This document shows positions 47,495 through 56,359 of a DNA stretch of 64,000 nt, piece after piece. Source of the DNA: a virus (Duplodnaviria; Heunggongvirae; Uroviricota; Caudoviricetes). Positions within the stretch are counted from its first letter, which is position 1; every line of letters starts with the position of its first letter. The notes below the pieces were generated by a model that saw only the letters and a list, made by a program, of their open reading frames with translations, was not told the origin of the DNA and did no database searches. The translations under genes and the position numbers were made by a program. The stretch covers positions 187,133 to 251,132 of IMG/VR virus record IMGVR_UViG_3300031417_000403; one strand, given 5' to 3'.

Positions 47495-47529
47495 GGCATA
47501 AATAACTGATCCAACAATTAGGATCAACT

Positions 47530-47874
47530 ATGAAACTGCACGAAATCCGCGGCTCCTCGAAGCGTAAAGATAGCTCCAACAATACTAAGAATGTCACCAT
47601 CGACTCATACAACATGGGTGAGATGAAACTCAAGGTGACTTTCGACTACGAAGCTGGATTCAGCGATCGCCATGGTGACAACTCGTCATTTGACGAGAAT
47701 CATCCAGAACAGTTCATGATTACCAAGATTGAATTGGCTGCACCGCTCACGATCGAAGATTTTGAAGGGGAAGAGAAAACCTATCCAAAAGGAACCAACG
47801 TCGACGATCTGCCTGATTGGAACGATCGGAAAGATACTGACCTTGTTCTCGATGAACTGTACGGGAAGAAATAA
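47530..47874 (+). CDS. hypothetical protein (114 aa)
   Basis: ORF track. Confidence 0.5.
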   Translation: MKLHEIRGSSKRKDSSNNTKNVTIDSYNMGEMKLKVTFDYEAGFSDRHGDNSSFDENHPEQFMITKIELAAPLTIEDFEGEEKTYPKGTNVDDLPDWNDRKDTDLVLDELYGKK

Positions 47875-47876
47875 TC

Positions 47877-48173
47877 ATGCCTAACGCAGTCGTCAAAAGT
47901 TACGCCAAGGAAACTGGGCTATCAGCGGATCATATCGAACGCTGGTGGAAAGAGGCTGAAGAACAAGCCTCAAAGAAGTTCAAGAAGAGCGACCCTCGCT
48001 TCTATGCCTACGTCAACGGGATCGTTGAGAAACGTGGAAAGCTCGTACATGGCAAGAAGAGAAAAAAGAAACGCACGAATGAGGACGGGTCCGTCTTCAC
48101 GTTTAAATGTTTCTTAGCTGAGGAGCGCAATGATGGGAACGAAGAACAAAGCCCAGGAGACGCAGGAACCTGA
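47877..48173 (+). CDS. hypothetical protein (98 aa)
   Basis: ORF track. Confidence 0.5.
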   Translation: MPNAVVKSYAKETGLSADHIERWWKEAEEQASKKFKKSDPRFYAYVNGIVEKRGKLVHGKKRKKKRTNEDGSVFTFKCFLAEERNDGNEEQSPGDAGT

Positions 48174-48324
48174 AGTTCAAGGTTACTGCCCAGGTTGTGA
48201 TGAACCACGGATCGACAATTGGATTTGGCACAAGCCGTGCTGCCCATACGATCCTGGGGACAACTGCGACGATTCAGAAAAGAGTGTGAAATTTCTCGGC
48301 ATCCGAGGTAAAATAGAACCGTAA
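48130..48324 (+). CDS. Cys-rich small protein (64 aa)
   Basis: CPGCD...CCPYDPGDNCDD. Confidence 0.35.
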   Translation: MMGTKNKAQETQEPEVQGYCPGCDEPRIDNWIWHKPCCPYDPGDNCDDSEKSVKFLGIRGKIEP

Positions 48325-48329
48325 CAAAT

Positions 48330-48450
48330 CAGTGAACGCCTTCACTGAAGAACTTTGGACGTTGCTGCAGCAACGCGCTCGGGCGAGTGATTGCCTGCCC
48401 CTACTTTATAGGAAGTAGGACTTCAAAGCTCTTCAGTGAAGGCGTTCTGC
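48330..48450 (+). other. complex multi-hairpin structured element (nested inverted repeats)
   Basis: outer 17-20 bp inverted repeat cttcactgaagaac / gctcttcagtgaag with inner palindromes gttgctgcagcaac and cctactttataggaagtagg. Confidence 0.4.
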
Positions 48451-48472
48451 ATTCCCCTCAGGAGACAGGCAA

Positions 48473-48937
48473 ATGTCAGCATCACTTGTAGCAAGCGTCA
48501 CTCTCGCGGCCTTAATCGCAATGCCGGGAGTGGCCACGCCACAGACCGCTGCACCGCTGATTACTCCCGCCTGGTCCAACGTGGTTGACCAACCAAACTT
48601 CAAAATCGACATCGACACCAAGTCCGTAAAGCTGATCGTCCGCCACAATGGATTCGAACTGCTGTCACGTTTGAAGATGGACTTCGGAACACCATTTGCA
48701 ATTTCCGGTAAAACAAAGCTCGGTGCTTACTACGTCAATGAAGTAGCAGCGAAATGCAATGATGACACGTTCAACATCGAGAAGTCGACAGTGTACGCGT
48801 CCGACGGTGAAGTGCTGGCAACCGGCACCAATATTGCATCCATCAAGAATCCAAAGAACACCGGCAGTTTTGTCACTGTGTGGTTGCATCTCGCGTGCAG
48901 CAAATTCAAAGGCAAGAAGCCACCAACAATTATTTGA
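48473..48937 (+). CDS. secreted protein with signal peptide (154 aa)
   Basis: N-terminal signal LAALIAMPGVATPQTAAP; RBS ggagacagg. Confidence 0.55.
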   Translation: MSASLVASVTLAALIAMPGVATPQTAAPLITPAWSNVVDQPNFKIDIDTKSVKLIVRHNGFELLSRLKMDFGTPFAISGKTKLGAYYVNEVAAKCNDDTFNIEKSTVYASDGEVLATGTNIASIKNPKNTGSFVTVWLHLACSKFKGKKPPTII

Positions 48938-49001
48938 GTTCGGCTGTGTGCAAGCTGTGATGGTTCGGGTAGAATATCTCTACTGAATCACGGAGCGCAA
49001 A

Positions 49002-49292
49002 ATGAAAAACGTCAACGTCCTCGAAGCAGAATGCAAAGAAATCAAGTTCCCGAGTCTCAAGTGGGACAAAGAACGCAAGACTTACGACGATGTCGAAGTC
49101 AGCTGCGATTGCTTCGTGAAGAACGGCGTGCTCATGGTGACGAGCGATGACGGTCTCGGTGCGATCGACTACTACGGCGAGTTCCGCGGTGGTTACTCGT
49201 ACATCGACCCGAAGCTGGAAGCATTCGCGAAGGCGAACGGTTGCTTCTGGGAATGGAACAACCCGTCGAGCATCTCGCTCCACGAAGCCTGA
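49002..49292 (+). CDS. hypothetical protein (96 aa)
   Basis: ORF track. Confidence 0.5.
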   Translation: MKNVNVLEAECKEIKFPSLKWDKERKTYDDVEVSCDCFVKNGVLMVTSDDGLGAIDYYGEFRGGYSYIDPKLEAFAKANGCFWEWNNPSSISLHEA

Positions 49293-49322
49293 AAAAGGCT
49301 GTGCAAGACAGTGTGAACCGGG

Positions 49323-49328
49323 TATAAT
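49323..49328 (+). promoter_or_regulatory. promoter -10 TATAAT immediately upstream of suppressor tRNA
   Basis: gggtataatgattccactgaacg, same subclass as the 17810 and 55991 copies. Confidence 0.55.
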
Positions 49329-49362
49329 GATTCCACTGAACGAAACAGGCAGTACAGATTAA

Positions 49363-49438
49363 GCCTCGTTAGCTCAACTGGCAGAGTGGCGGTCTCTAAA
49401 ACCGAGGGTTGCGGGTTCGATCCCCGCACGGGGCACCA
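49363..49438 (+). tRNA. amber suppressor tRNA, anticodon CUA (tRNA-Trp-like anticodon arm), CCA encoded
   Basis: cloverleaf: acceptor gcctcgt/acggggc, anticodon arm gcggt CTCTAAA accga, T-arm gcggg ttcgatc cccgc. Confidence 0.7.
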
Positions 49439-49455
49439 GAATTTAGGAGCAGTAC

Positions 49456-49680
49456 ATGAAGGGCTGGGGCGCACAAGACGATTTTCAAGCACAGATCGAG
49501 CAGACGGTAAAAGACCGTCGCGCAGTTCTCGAATCGATCTTGTCGGCGCCGGGCAAAGCAAAATGCGAAGATTGCGACCAGCCGATTCCTGAACTGCGAC
49601 GTGAAGCATACCCATCCTGCACTCGTTGTGTAGGATGTCAGTCGGAACACGAAGGCGGATACTTCATTCGTCGTCGTTAA
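49456..49680 (+). CDS. TraR/DksA-family C4 zinc-finger protein
   Basis: CEDCDQPIPELRREAYPSCTRCVGC. Confidence 0.5.
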   Translation: MKGWGAQDDFQAQIEQTVKDRRAVLESILSAPGKAKCEDCDQPIPELRREAYPSCTRCVGCQSEHEGGYFIRRR

Positions 49681-49709
49681 TTTTGTAGTCAACTTTAAAG
49701 GAACTGAAC

Positions 49710-49892
49710 ATGACCGTCAATACCCGTGAACTGAACGACCGCGCCCGCCACCTGCTGAGCACCGGCAACACGAAGGAATCGGCCGCTCGCAAGCTGAGCG
49801 CCGAGTTCGCTGCTTCGGCCTACGTCAGCAAGGGCAAGCTGTTCGCCACCTTCCTCGACGAAGGCAAGCCGACGACCCGCACGCTCGGCTAA
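49710..49892 (+). CDS. hypothetical protein (60 aa)
   Basis: ORF track; RBS aaaggaactgaac. Confidence 0.4.
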   Translation: MTVNTRELNDRARHLLSTGNTKESAARKLSAEFAASAYVSKGKLFATFLDEGKPTTRTLG

Positions 49893-49925
49893 CGCGGCCT
49901 GGACCTCGCAAGAGGTTCCACATAA

Positions 49926-50042
49926 CTGGATTAGCTCAGTGGGAGAGCGGCGTGCAGCGGCACGTGATACCGAAACCGATACAGCATTCTCGTGTGAATG
50001 TTCCCTACGGTTAGCGTCATTGGTTCGAATCCAATATCCAGT
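49926..50042 (+). tRNA. tRNA-like gene (117 nt) with ~40-nt insertion between D-arm and T-arm; anticodon undetermined
   Basis: acceptor actggat/atccagt, D-arm gctcagtgggagagc, T-arm attgg ttcgaat ccaat; internal hairpin cgtgc agcg gcacg. Confidence 0.35.
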
Positions 50043-50238
50043 TATGTGACGAATGCGTAAGCTAATACGCGAAACTTGTGGTTGTGATACAGACCGGAGA
50101 AGCGGTTCATAAGGGTGGACGCATACAACTCTTCCTTGGCGTCCGAAGCTGCCTCATGAAAGTGAGATGCGGGATTCCTGATAAAGTATCACATGCCGGG
50201 ATTAGCTCCGGCCGTCACTGAACTTAACGGAGGATGAC

Positions 50239-50412
50239 GTGGACCATGAAGTGCGAGTGCAACAGTTGATCAACAGCGGACTTACGCCTGCTCAAGCTCG
50301 GCGAGAAGCCAGAGCAGAGCGAGCAGAACTTCGCGCTGAAGCACGAGCATCGAAGGCGAACGTGAGACTCGGCATTTCGATTTTCAACCTGATCGCAAGA
50401 ATTTTCAAATGA
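50239..50412 (+). CDS. small hypothetical protein (GTG start)
   Basis: RBS ggagga before GTG. Confidence 0.3.
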   Translation: MDHEVRVQQLINSGLTPAQARREARAERAELRAEARASKANVRLGISIFNLIARIFK

Positions 50413-50571
50413 CGCGTGAACAAGAACTGGAGGCAATGGTCGAACGACTGGTTGCCGCAATGAAAGAAGCCCACAATGTGGGCTGTGTGGATCACCTCGA
50501 TTGCTGCGATGATGGCGGCGAGTTCTGGTATGGAGCAATCGAGGATGCTAAGGCTTTGCTGAAGCGTTAAT
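50410..50571 (+). CDS. small hypothetical protein (53 aa)
   Basis: ATGA overlap. Confidence 0.3.
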
Positions 50572-50830
50572 CGTCGTCTTCTACCCCGTCGTCATGCTTC
50601 TGGAAGTGTTTGTCGATTTCCTTCCAGAGTTTGTCTTCGGGTGTACCGGCTGGTGCGGAGAAGTATCCGACTGAAACGAATTTGCCGTTACGCTTTTTGT
50701 AACCTTTGAACTTGACACGTTTCTTGCCGTTGTCCGTATATTCTTCAACGTTCTTGACCTTGTAGAATGACGGATCGCCAAGACCCTTGATTTCCTCGTT
50801 CAGTTGAATTAGTTCTTTAAGTAGGCTCAC
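50567..50830 (-). CDS. hypothetical protein (87 aa, GTG start) on minus strand
   Basis: RBS aggat 7 nt before GTG on minus strand. Confidence 0.4.
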   Translation of the reverse strand: MSLLKELIQLNEEIKGLGDPSFYKVKNVEEYTDNGKKRVKFKGYKKRNGKFVSVGYFSAPAGTPEDKLWKEIDKHFQKHDDGVEDDD

Positions 50831-50879
50831 GTAATATCCTGTTTGTGTTAGAATCGAATCAGGTATTTATGGAACACGC

Positions 50880-51260
<381 letters not shown>

Positions 51261-51271
51261 TAGGATATATC

Positions 51272-51631
51272 ATGCATAAGCTCTAGATTTCCAAACCGCA
51301 AAAGACGTACCTCTACACCATCTCGCGCCGAGACCTCCCACTCGCGCAACAGGCTATTCAAGCCGGCCACGCTGCCGTTGAACACGCCTACACGTATGGC
51401 CGACCAGTGGATCACCACCCGTCGTACATTCACCTCACGATCAAAAACAAGTCGCAACTTGAATCGCTCCGCCAGAAGCTGAACGATGCAGGCATTCCTA
51501 CAGCCGAATTTCACGAGCCGTACCAGGAATGGGGACTGACCGCGATCGCATGCATCCTCACCGAAGACCAACGACATTTGACAAAGGGCTTGCAGCTCTG
51601 GCGTCTGCCTACCCAAGGAGAACAGCAATGA
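51272..51631 (+). CDS. PTH2-family peptidyl-tRNA hydrolase with in-frame TAG at codon 5 (requires amber suppression)
   Basis: ATG 51272, TAG 51284-51286, then TISRRDLPLAQQAIQAGHAAVEHAY (PTH2 N-terminal motif) with no in-frame start before GTG 51407; C-terminal LTIKNKSQLESLRQKLNDAGIP...GLTAIACIL matches PTH2 fold. Confidence 0.5.
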
Positions 51632-51870
51632 ACCTCAACCAAGCCGAGGCGATTGCCTCCCTGTATCAAGAACTGATCGAGTCGATCGACAAGTCGAGAA
51701 TCACTCCGCCAATCTTTGGCTGGGGAACTGGTACGTTTGAAGAGAAACATATCCAATCGATTTCCATGGAAGACGGGCAGATCAAAGTCCATTGGAGTCG
51801 TTACATGGGTTGCGGCGATTACGATACCGACGACACGTACCACGCTCTGCATACGCTGTTCGACTAACAA
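51628..51870 (+). CDS. hypothetical protein (80 aa)
   Basis: ATGA overlap. Confidence 0.45.
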
Positions 51871-51871
51871 G

Positions 51872-51907
51872 AAATATAAGCATTAGCTGACAAATAAGGA
51901 AATGCAA
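51872..51907 (+). promoter_or_regulatory. conserved ~36-nt motif (copy 2) preceding ATG-...-TAG leader of HD gene
   Basis: aaatataagcattagctgacaaataaggaaatgcaa. Confidence 0.45.
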
Positions 51908-51943
51908 ATGAACGCTCATCACCTCTAGGTTCTCCGCGAAAAG

Positions 51944-52468
51944 ATGTCGTCGTGTAGTCAGTCGAAGGGTCAAACGATCCTCCAGCATGGCGAAGCCGTT
52001 GCGGCCCGATACAAAGACCTCATTGGCGAACAGAAAATGGAATGGCGACTGCCGGACTGGTTCGATCTGGATTACCTGCTGCCACTCTGCCCACCGGCAG
52101 AAATCATGGAGCAGTACCACATCTACCACGATTGCGGCAAGCCGTATTGTGTAACCGTTGACGATGAAGGTCGCCAACACTTTCCAGACCACGCGCGCAT
52201 CAGCGCAGCGATCTGGCGAGTCAACGGCGGAAGTGAGCAGATCGCCGAACTCATCCAGCGAGATATGGACATGCACACGATCAAGCCAGCGGACGCTGCT
52301 GGATACGATCGCATGGACCTCGCACCAGCACTTCTGCTCACGGCACTCAGTGAACTTCATGCCAACGCTGAAATGTTCGGAGGTATTGAAAGCACGTCTT
52401 TCAAGATCAAATTCAAGGCACTCAACAAAGTCGGTCGTAACATCATCAACAAACTTAAAGGAAACTAA
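51944..52468 (+). CDS. HD-domain phosphohydrolase (possible N-terminal extension from ATG 51902 through in-frame TAG 51926)
   Basis: H...HD...H...H...D pattern (LQHGE, IYHDCGKP, PDHARI, DMHTIK); upstream leader MQMNAHHL-TAG in frame. Confidence 0.5.
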   Translation: MSSCSQSKGQTILQHGEAVAARYKDLIGEQKMEWRLPDWFDLDYLLPLCPPAEIMEQYHIYHDCGKPYCVTVDDEGRQHFPDHARISAAIWRVNGGSEQIAELIQRDMDMHTIKPADAAGYDRMDLAPALLLTALSELHANAEMFGGIESTSFKIKFKALNKVGRNIINKLKGN

Positions 52469-52470
52469 TC

Positions 52471-52770
52471 ATGACGAACTTCAACTCCAAAGAAACCTAC
52501 CTGGCTGCCCGCGCTGAATGGAAAGCTAACTACAATCGCCTGACGGAAGAATCGCGCAAGCTGCGTCAAGAATTCAAGGACGCTGCGAGCCTGTTCGGCA
52601 AGACGTCGTACCGCGATCACACCGCATACTGGGCTAACTATCGTGCGGCTGAAGCTCTGCGCGAACAGCGCGATGCACTCCGCCGCGAAGCCAACGTAGC
52701 ACTGGCTGATCTGTTCGCGATGAAGGAAGAAGCGGCAGCACAGTGGGAAGCTGCTCGCGCTCTGGCATAA
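52471..52770 (+). CDS. hypothetical helical protein (99 aa)
   Basis: ORF track. Confidence 0.5.
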   Translation: MTNFNSKETYLAARAEWKANYNRLTEESRKLRQEFKDAASLFGKTSYRDHTAYWANYRAAEALREQRDALRREANVALADLFAMKEEAAAQWEAARALA

Positions 52771-52809
52771 CGCGAAAAATGACATTTCGGCAACAGTAAA
52801 TAGAATATA

Positions 52810-52852
52810 ATTCTGGATGCTGTTGCCGTACTGTAACATTGTTATTTTGTCA
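52810..52852 (+). terminator. hairpin cggcaacag...ctgttgccg followed by T-rich tract
   Basis: 9-bp inverted repeat with 23-nt loop then gtactgtaacattgttattttg. Confidence 0.35.
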
Positions 52853-52871
52853 ACGTTGACGAGATTCATGG

Positions 52872-52877
52872 TACAAT
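52872..52877 (+). promoter_or_regulatory. promoter -10 variant TACAAT
   Basis: catggtacaatggttc. Confidence 0.4.
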
Positions 52878-52914
52878 GGTTCTTTGGCATCTAACCATCA
52901 CTAAAGGACCTATC

Positions 52915-53223
52915 ATGAAACGAGAAAAAGAAGTTGTCGAACGACTGTGGTACAAGGCAAAGCTGTCGCCGGTTGCGGCTGGACTATTCACTGACGCTTT
53001 CTACCCAACACCAAAACGTGGGACGGGAGCGCAGTATGTTTTCTTCACGCAGATCGACACAACTCCGAGCCAGCAAAAGGTTATCATCGCATCCAAGCTA
53101 AACGAAGCTGGACTGCGCATGATGACACGTGACCTGGCTCAGAAATGCCTCATCCCTGGCGACAAGGCAACTAAAGCGGAAATGGCTCAGTTGAACGAGC
53201 TGTCCAAAAATCTCAAGCTCTAA
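52915..53223 (+). CDS. hypothetical protein (102 aa)
   Basis: ATG after ggtacaatggttc...aaggacctatc. Confidence 0.5.
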   Translation: MKREKEVVERLWYKAKLSPVAAGLFTDAFYPTPKRGTGAQYVFFTQIDTTPSQQKVIIASKLNEAGLRMMTRDLAQKCLIPGDKATKAEMAQLNELSKNLKL

Positions 53224-53239
53224 ACTTTGAAAGAAAACA

Positions 53240-53416
53240 ATGGCCACATTGAAAATTAAAATTCAGCCTTTTGAAATACCTGAACACGTTTACATCGAAG
53301 TTCCTGGTGATGCTGCACCTGTTGCAGTCGCGCTTGGGGAACTCGACGAAGACACTCTCAGCACCATGATCGAAGAATTTGTTGCCGGCATCATGGCAAA
53401 GACGGGGCGCGAATGA
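53240..53416 (+). CDS. small hypothetical protein (58 aa)
   Basis: ORF, ATGA overlap with next. Confidence 0.35.
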   Translation: MATLKIKIQPFEIPEHVYIEVPGDAAPVAVALGELDEDTLSTMIEEFVAGIMAKTGRE

Positions 53417-53715
53417 CTTCCATCGTCCAGATTCTCATCGACAAGTGGGAAGGTAACCCATCCGGCCTTCGCGAGGATTACCGCAACAAGCTCAAGCATG
53501 GTAGCTGGATTGTCGAGTTCACGAAGAAAGACGGTACACCAGCCGTCATGGAGTGCACTCTTGACGAAAGGCTTCTGCCTGAATCGGAACGAGAACTCGA
53601 AGCTCGCACCGAACAAAATCACCTCCTCCACGTCTACTCGCTCGACCGTCAGGGTTGGCGCAGCTTCATCGTTGACAACGTCAAAGCATTTTACCGTAAG
53701 CCTGACGTATCATGA
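53413..53715 (+). CDS. hypothetical protein (100 aa)
   Basis: ORF track. Confidence 0.5.
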   Translation: MTSIVQILIDKWEGNPSGLREDYRNKLKHGSWIVEFTKKDGTPAVMECTLDERLLPESERELEARTEQNHLLHVYSLDRQGWRSFIVDNVKAFYRKPDVS

Positions 53716-54056
53716 CTGACGCATTCAATAACATTCTGACAAAGCGCAAGAAGTTGAAAGAAGAACTCATCGCCAAGTACGGCGAAAACTTCGATCAGCC
53801 AGCGCGCATCATCCGCGTACTCGACGCGGAAGAGCAAGTCATTCGCCAATGGCTTGAAGAACTGAAACCGGAAATCATGGCCATCCAAGGACCGGGTCCG
53901 CTCGGCGATGATGAACCGTACTACGGTGCGATTGGCGGCGGAGTGACATACAGCTTCACGCCAACAGGTCTCGGCTACATTCTCGTAGTCAAAGAAGCAA
54001 CCACTGGAAAAGAACTCAACGTCACGCAAGCGCTTGACTGGTACTTTTTCGACTAA
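53712..54056 (+). CDS. hypothetical protein (114 aa)
   Basis: ORF track. Confidence 0.5.
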   Translation: MTDAFNNILTKRKKLKEELIAKYGENFDQPARIIRVLDAEEQVIRQWLEELKPEIMAIQGPGPLGDDEPYYGAIGGGVTYSFTPTGLGYILVVKEATTGKELNVTQALDWYFFD

Positions 54057-54071
54057 TCAAGGAAACACATA

Positions 54072-54398
54072 ATGCAAATCAAAGGTATCAAACTCACAAC
54101 CGGCGACGAGCTGGTGGCAAAGGTCGTGTCGGAAAATCCTGATGGCACTCTGACTGTGCAAGACCCGCTCATGATGGTTATGCAGATCGTGCCGAAGTCC
54201 AAAGAAAATCCTGAAGGCGGAATGGTCTGTCAGTTCTATCCATGGACCATCATCAACGAAGGCGACATCGTTCTGCAAACTGCAGGCATCATGGCCCACT
54301 ACGCAGTGCCACGCGACGTTGAACAATCTTACAACCAAAACACGAGCGGTCTTCAGATCGTATCGGGCGCAGCGGCACAGCAAATCCTTCATGGCTAA
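54072..54398 (+). CDS. hypothetical protein (108 aa)
   Basis: RBS aaggaaacacataATG. Confidence 0.5.
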   Translation: MQIKGIKLTTGDELVAKVVSENPDGTLTVQDPLMMVMQIVPKSKENPEGGMVCQFYPWTIINEGDIVLQTAGIMAHYAVPRDVEQSYNQNTSGLQIVSGAAAQQILHG

Positions 54399-54630
54399 TA
54401 CCGAAATGACGTTGCCGGAAATCTTCGTCCAGCTGCCTGAAGAAATTCAGGCAGCGCTCGAATCCGCATTGGAGCGAAGCACGTTGCCGCTCGATCCAAC
54501 AAAGAGCGAAATATTCGTGGCAACGGAAGTGGTTGTGTTTGACCTGAAGTATCGTTTTCCGATGGCTTCTCAACGAGTGGTAGAATTGCTCGACATGGTT
54601 CCACAAGCGGTTGCAAATCTTCTGTCTTGA
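54392..54630 (+). CDS. hypothetical protein (79 aa)
   Basis: ORF track. Confidence 0.4.
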
Positions 54631-54668
54631 TAAATAGAACCATTGTCGTTCAATAATCCAGGATTCAA

Positions 54669-55325
54669 ATGAAACTCACAGACCTCGTTGTACAAGAAGC
54701 AGCTCCACTCGGAGATGACCCAGTTGAACTCAAAGACGTTGTCGAGTTCTTCCCGTCACAATACAAGAAAGCAATCAAGGCCTTCGCAAAGAAAGGTCGC
54801 CTTCGTTTCGGTGGCGACGAACTGTTCACATCGGATGGTGAACACGGTCCTGCACTGGATGACGCAATCCGTGTTGCCCAGCGTTTCCTGAAACACGAAC
54901 CGATCAATGTCGAAGTTGAGTTCAACACGGCTGGAACTGATCTTCCGGAACCAAGCGACCGATCATTCGAAATCGAATGCGATGTAGAAGAGTCAACCCC
55001 AGTATGGGTTGGCTATGACACGAAGCAGGATATGCTTCTGCTCGGGTTTGACGTCTGGATCGGTGACAACGAGTTCAACGACGAATGGGACAACAAGTTC
55101 GAAGATGCATTCGGTGAAGGCTTTGACCAGGACAATGAAGACCACGACAAGGTGTTCGACAAAGCCTGGAAGACGTTCAGCAACGGGCAAATGTTCTACG
55201 GAGCAATTGTCCAGGTGAATGCTGGCGGCCACGCTGAAATGGAAATGCCGATCATGGATGGCGGATTCTACCGTGGCCCATTCAAGCACCTCAGCAAAAC
55301 CAACGTGATCGAACTGAACGGTTAA
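54669..55325 (+). CDS. acidic hypothetical protein (218 aa)
   Basis: ORF track. Confidence 0.55.
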   Translation: MKLTDLVVQEAAPLGDDPVELKDVVEFFPSQYKKAIKAFAKKGRLRFGGDELFTSDGEHGPALDDAIRVAQRFLKHEPINVEVEFNTAGTDLPEPSDRSFEIECDVEESTPVWVGYDTKQDMLLLGFDVWIGDNEFNDEWDNKFEDAFGEGFDQDNEDHDKVFDKAWKTFSNGQMFYGAIVQVNAGGHAEMEMPIMDGGFYRGPFKHLSKTNVIELNG

Positions 55326-55327
55326 TC

Positions 55328-55561
55328 ATGACTCCAGAAGAGCGTATCGCAGAACTTGAAAAAGAAGTGAAGTGCCTGACCCGGCTAGTAAAGGAGATGG
55401 CAGCTCGCGAGAAAGTAACTACGGCCAGGTTAGCATCGGTCGCACGTGAGCACGCTTCTACTGCCAAGGACGTGAAAGCCCTTGACACTGCTGCAAGAAA
55501 ATCTGATGCGAAGATTGCACAGGTTCATGCATCAGTCCAACGTGTAGCAAATTCGCGTTGA
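55328..55561 (+). CDS. hypothetical coiled-coil protein (77 aa)
   Basis: ORF track. Confidence 0.45.
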   Translation: MTPEERIAELEKEVKCLTRLVKEMAAREKVTTARLASVAREHASTAKDVKALDTAARKSDAKIAQVHASVQRVANSR

Positions 55562-55760
55562 AGAAAATATGGAAGTTTTGAAAATTCCCATATATAACTC
55601 TACTATGACAAACAAACTGAAGGAACTATCTTCCGTGAAAACTCTCTCCACCCTCGCCTTGCTGACATCACTCCCTTCGGGTAGTGGGTATGTCTGCGCG
55701 CCTGCGGTGTACGGTAGTATGAGGTCCCTGATGTAAGTTCAGTCGATAGACTAGAATCCA

Positions 55761-55796
55761 AAAGGGACCCAACGCGAGTTTGGTCCCTTTTTCTTT
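55761..55796 (+). terminator. Rho-independent terminator
   Basis: aaagggacc caacgcgagttt ggtcccttt followed by ttctttat. Confidence 0.6.
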
Positions 55797-55835
55797 ATGG
55801 TTCAAAAAAAGTTGTACAAGTTTAGATTGACCTGG

Positions 55836-55841
55836 TAGAAT
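55836..55841 (+). promoter_or_regulatory. promoter TAGAAT-GCTTTCCTCG subclass (tandem 1 of 3 upstream of tRNA array)
   Basis: ggtagaatgctttcctcg. Confidence 0.5.
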
Positions 55842-55913
55842 GCTTTCCTCGACTGACTGATCGCGACAGCGAAAAGCCGGTTGCAAAAAGATGTACAAGT
55901 TCGGAAAACATGT

Positions 55914-55919
55914 TATAAT
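55914..55919 (+). promoter_or_regulatory. promoter TATAAT-GCTTTCCTCG subclass (tandem 2 of 3)
   Basis: tgttataatgctttcctcg. Confidence 0.55.
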
Positions 55920-55990
55920 GCTTTCCTCGTTTGACGAAACAAACTGAGTGATGAACGAAAAATAAATCACACAGACTTCGAAAAACACGG

Positions 55991-55996
55991 TATAAT
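55991..55996 (+). promoter_or_regulatory. promoter ggtataatgatt subclass (tandem 3 of 3)
   Basis: cggtataatgattaaaacc. Confidence 0.5.
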
Positions 55997-56359
55997 GATT
56001 AAAACCAAACTGCACAAAACGCTGCAGTACGAAACTGGTCTTTAACAATTTAGATGCCAACAGCTCACGCTGAAAGCAACAAGAGTTCCTGGATGTGCTG
56101 ACGCACCGATGGATGAAACCTCAATGCTGTGAACGTCGCAGTAAGCCCGTCAGGGCGAGACGAACAGTTATAGGGGCCGTACACAGTATGGTTGATTAGT
56201 AGTTTTGTCGTTCGCGACCGAATGTCAATCGTTACCTACATAATGGCCATAAAGCTACTTGTCGCCACTTCAGCGTGAGCAAAACTGAACTGTTAGCAAA
56301 ACGTTACCCGTACGACGCTTTAGTCTATGCGGATACTTAGTACCCTAACAGTTCGATTT

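Noticed and set aside
55668-56060. 130-aa minus-strand ORF in the promoter-rich region upstream of the tRNA array
   Set aside because: It has a hydrophobic, low-complexity translation, no RBS, and overlaps three tandem plus-strand promoters.
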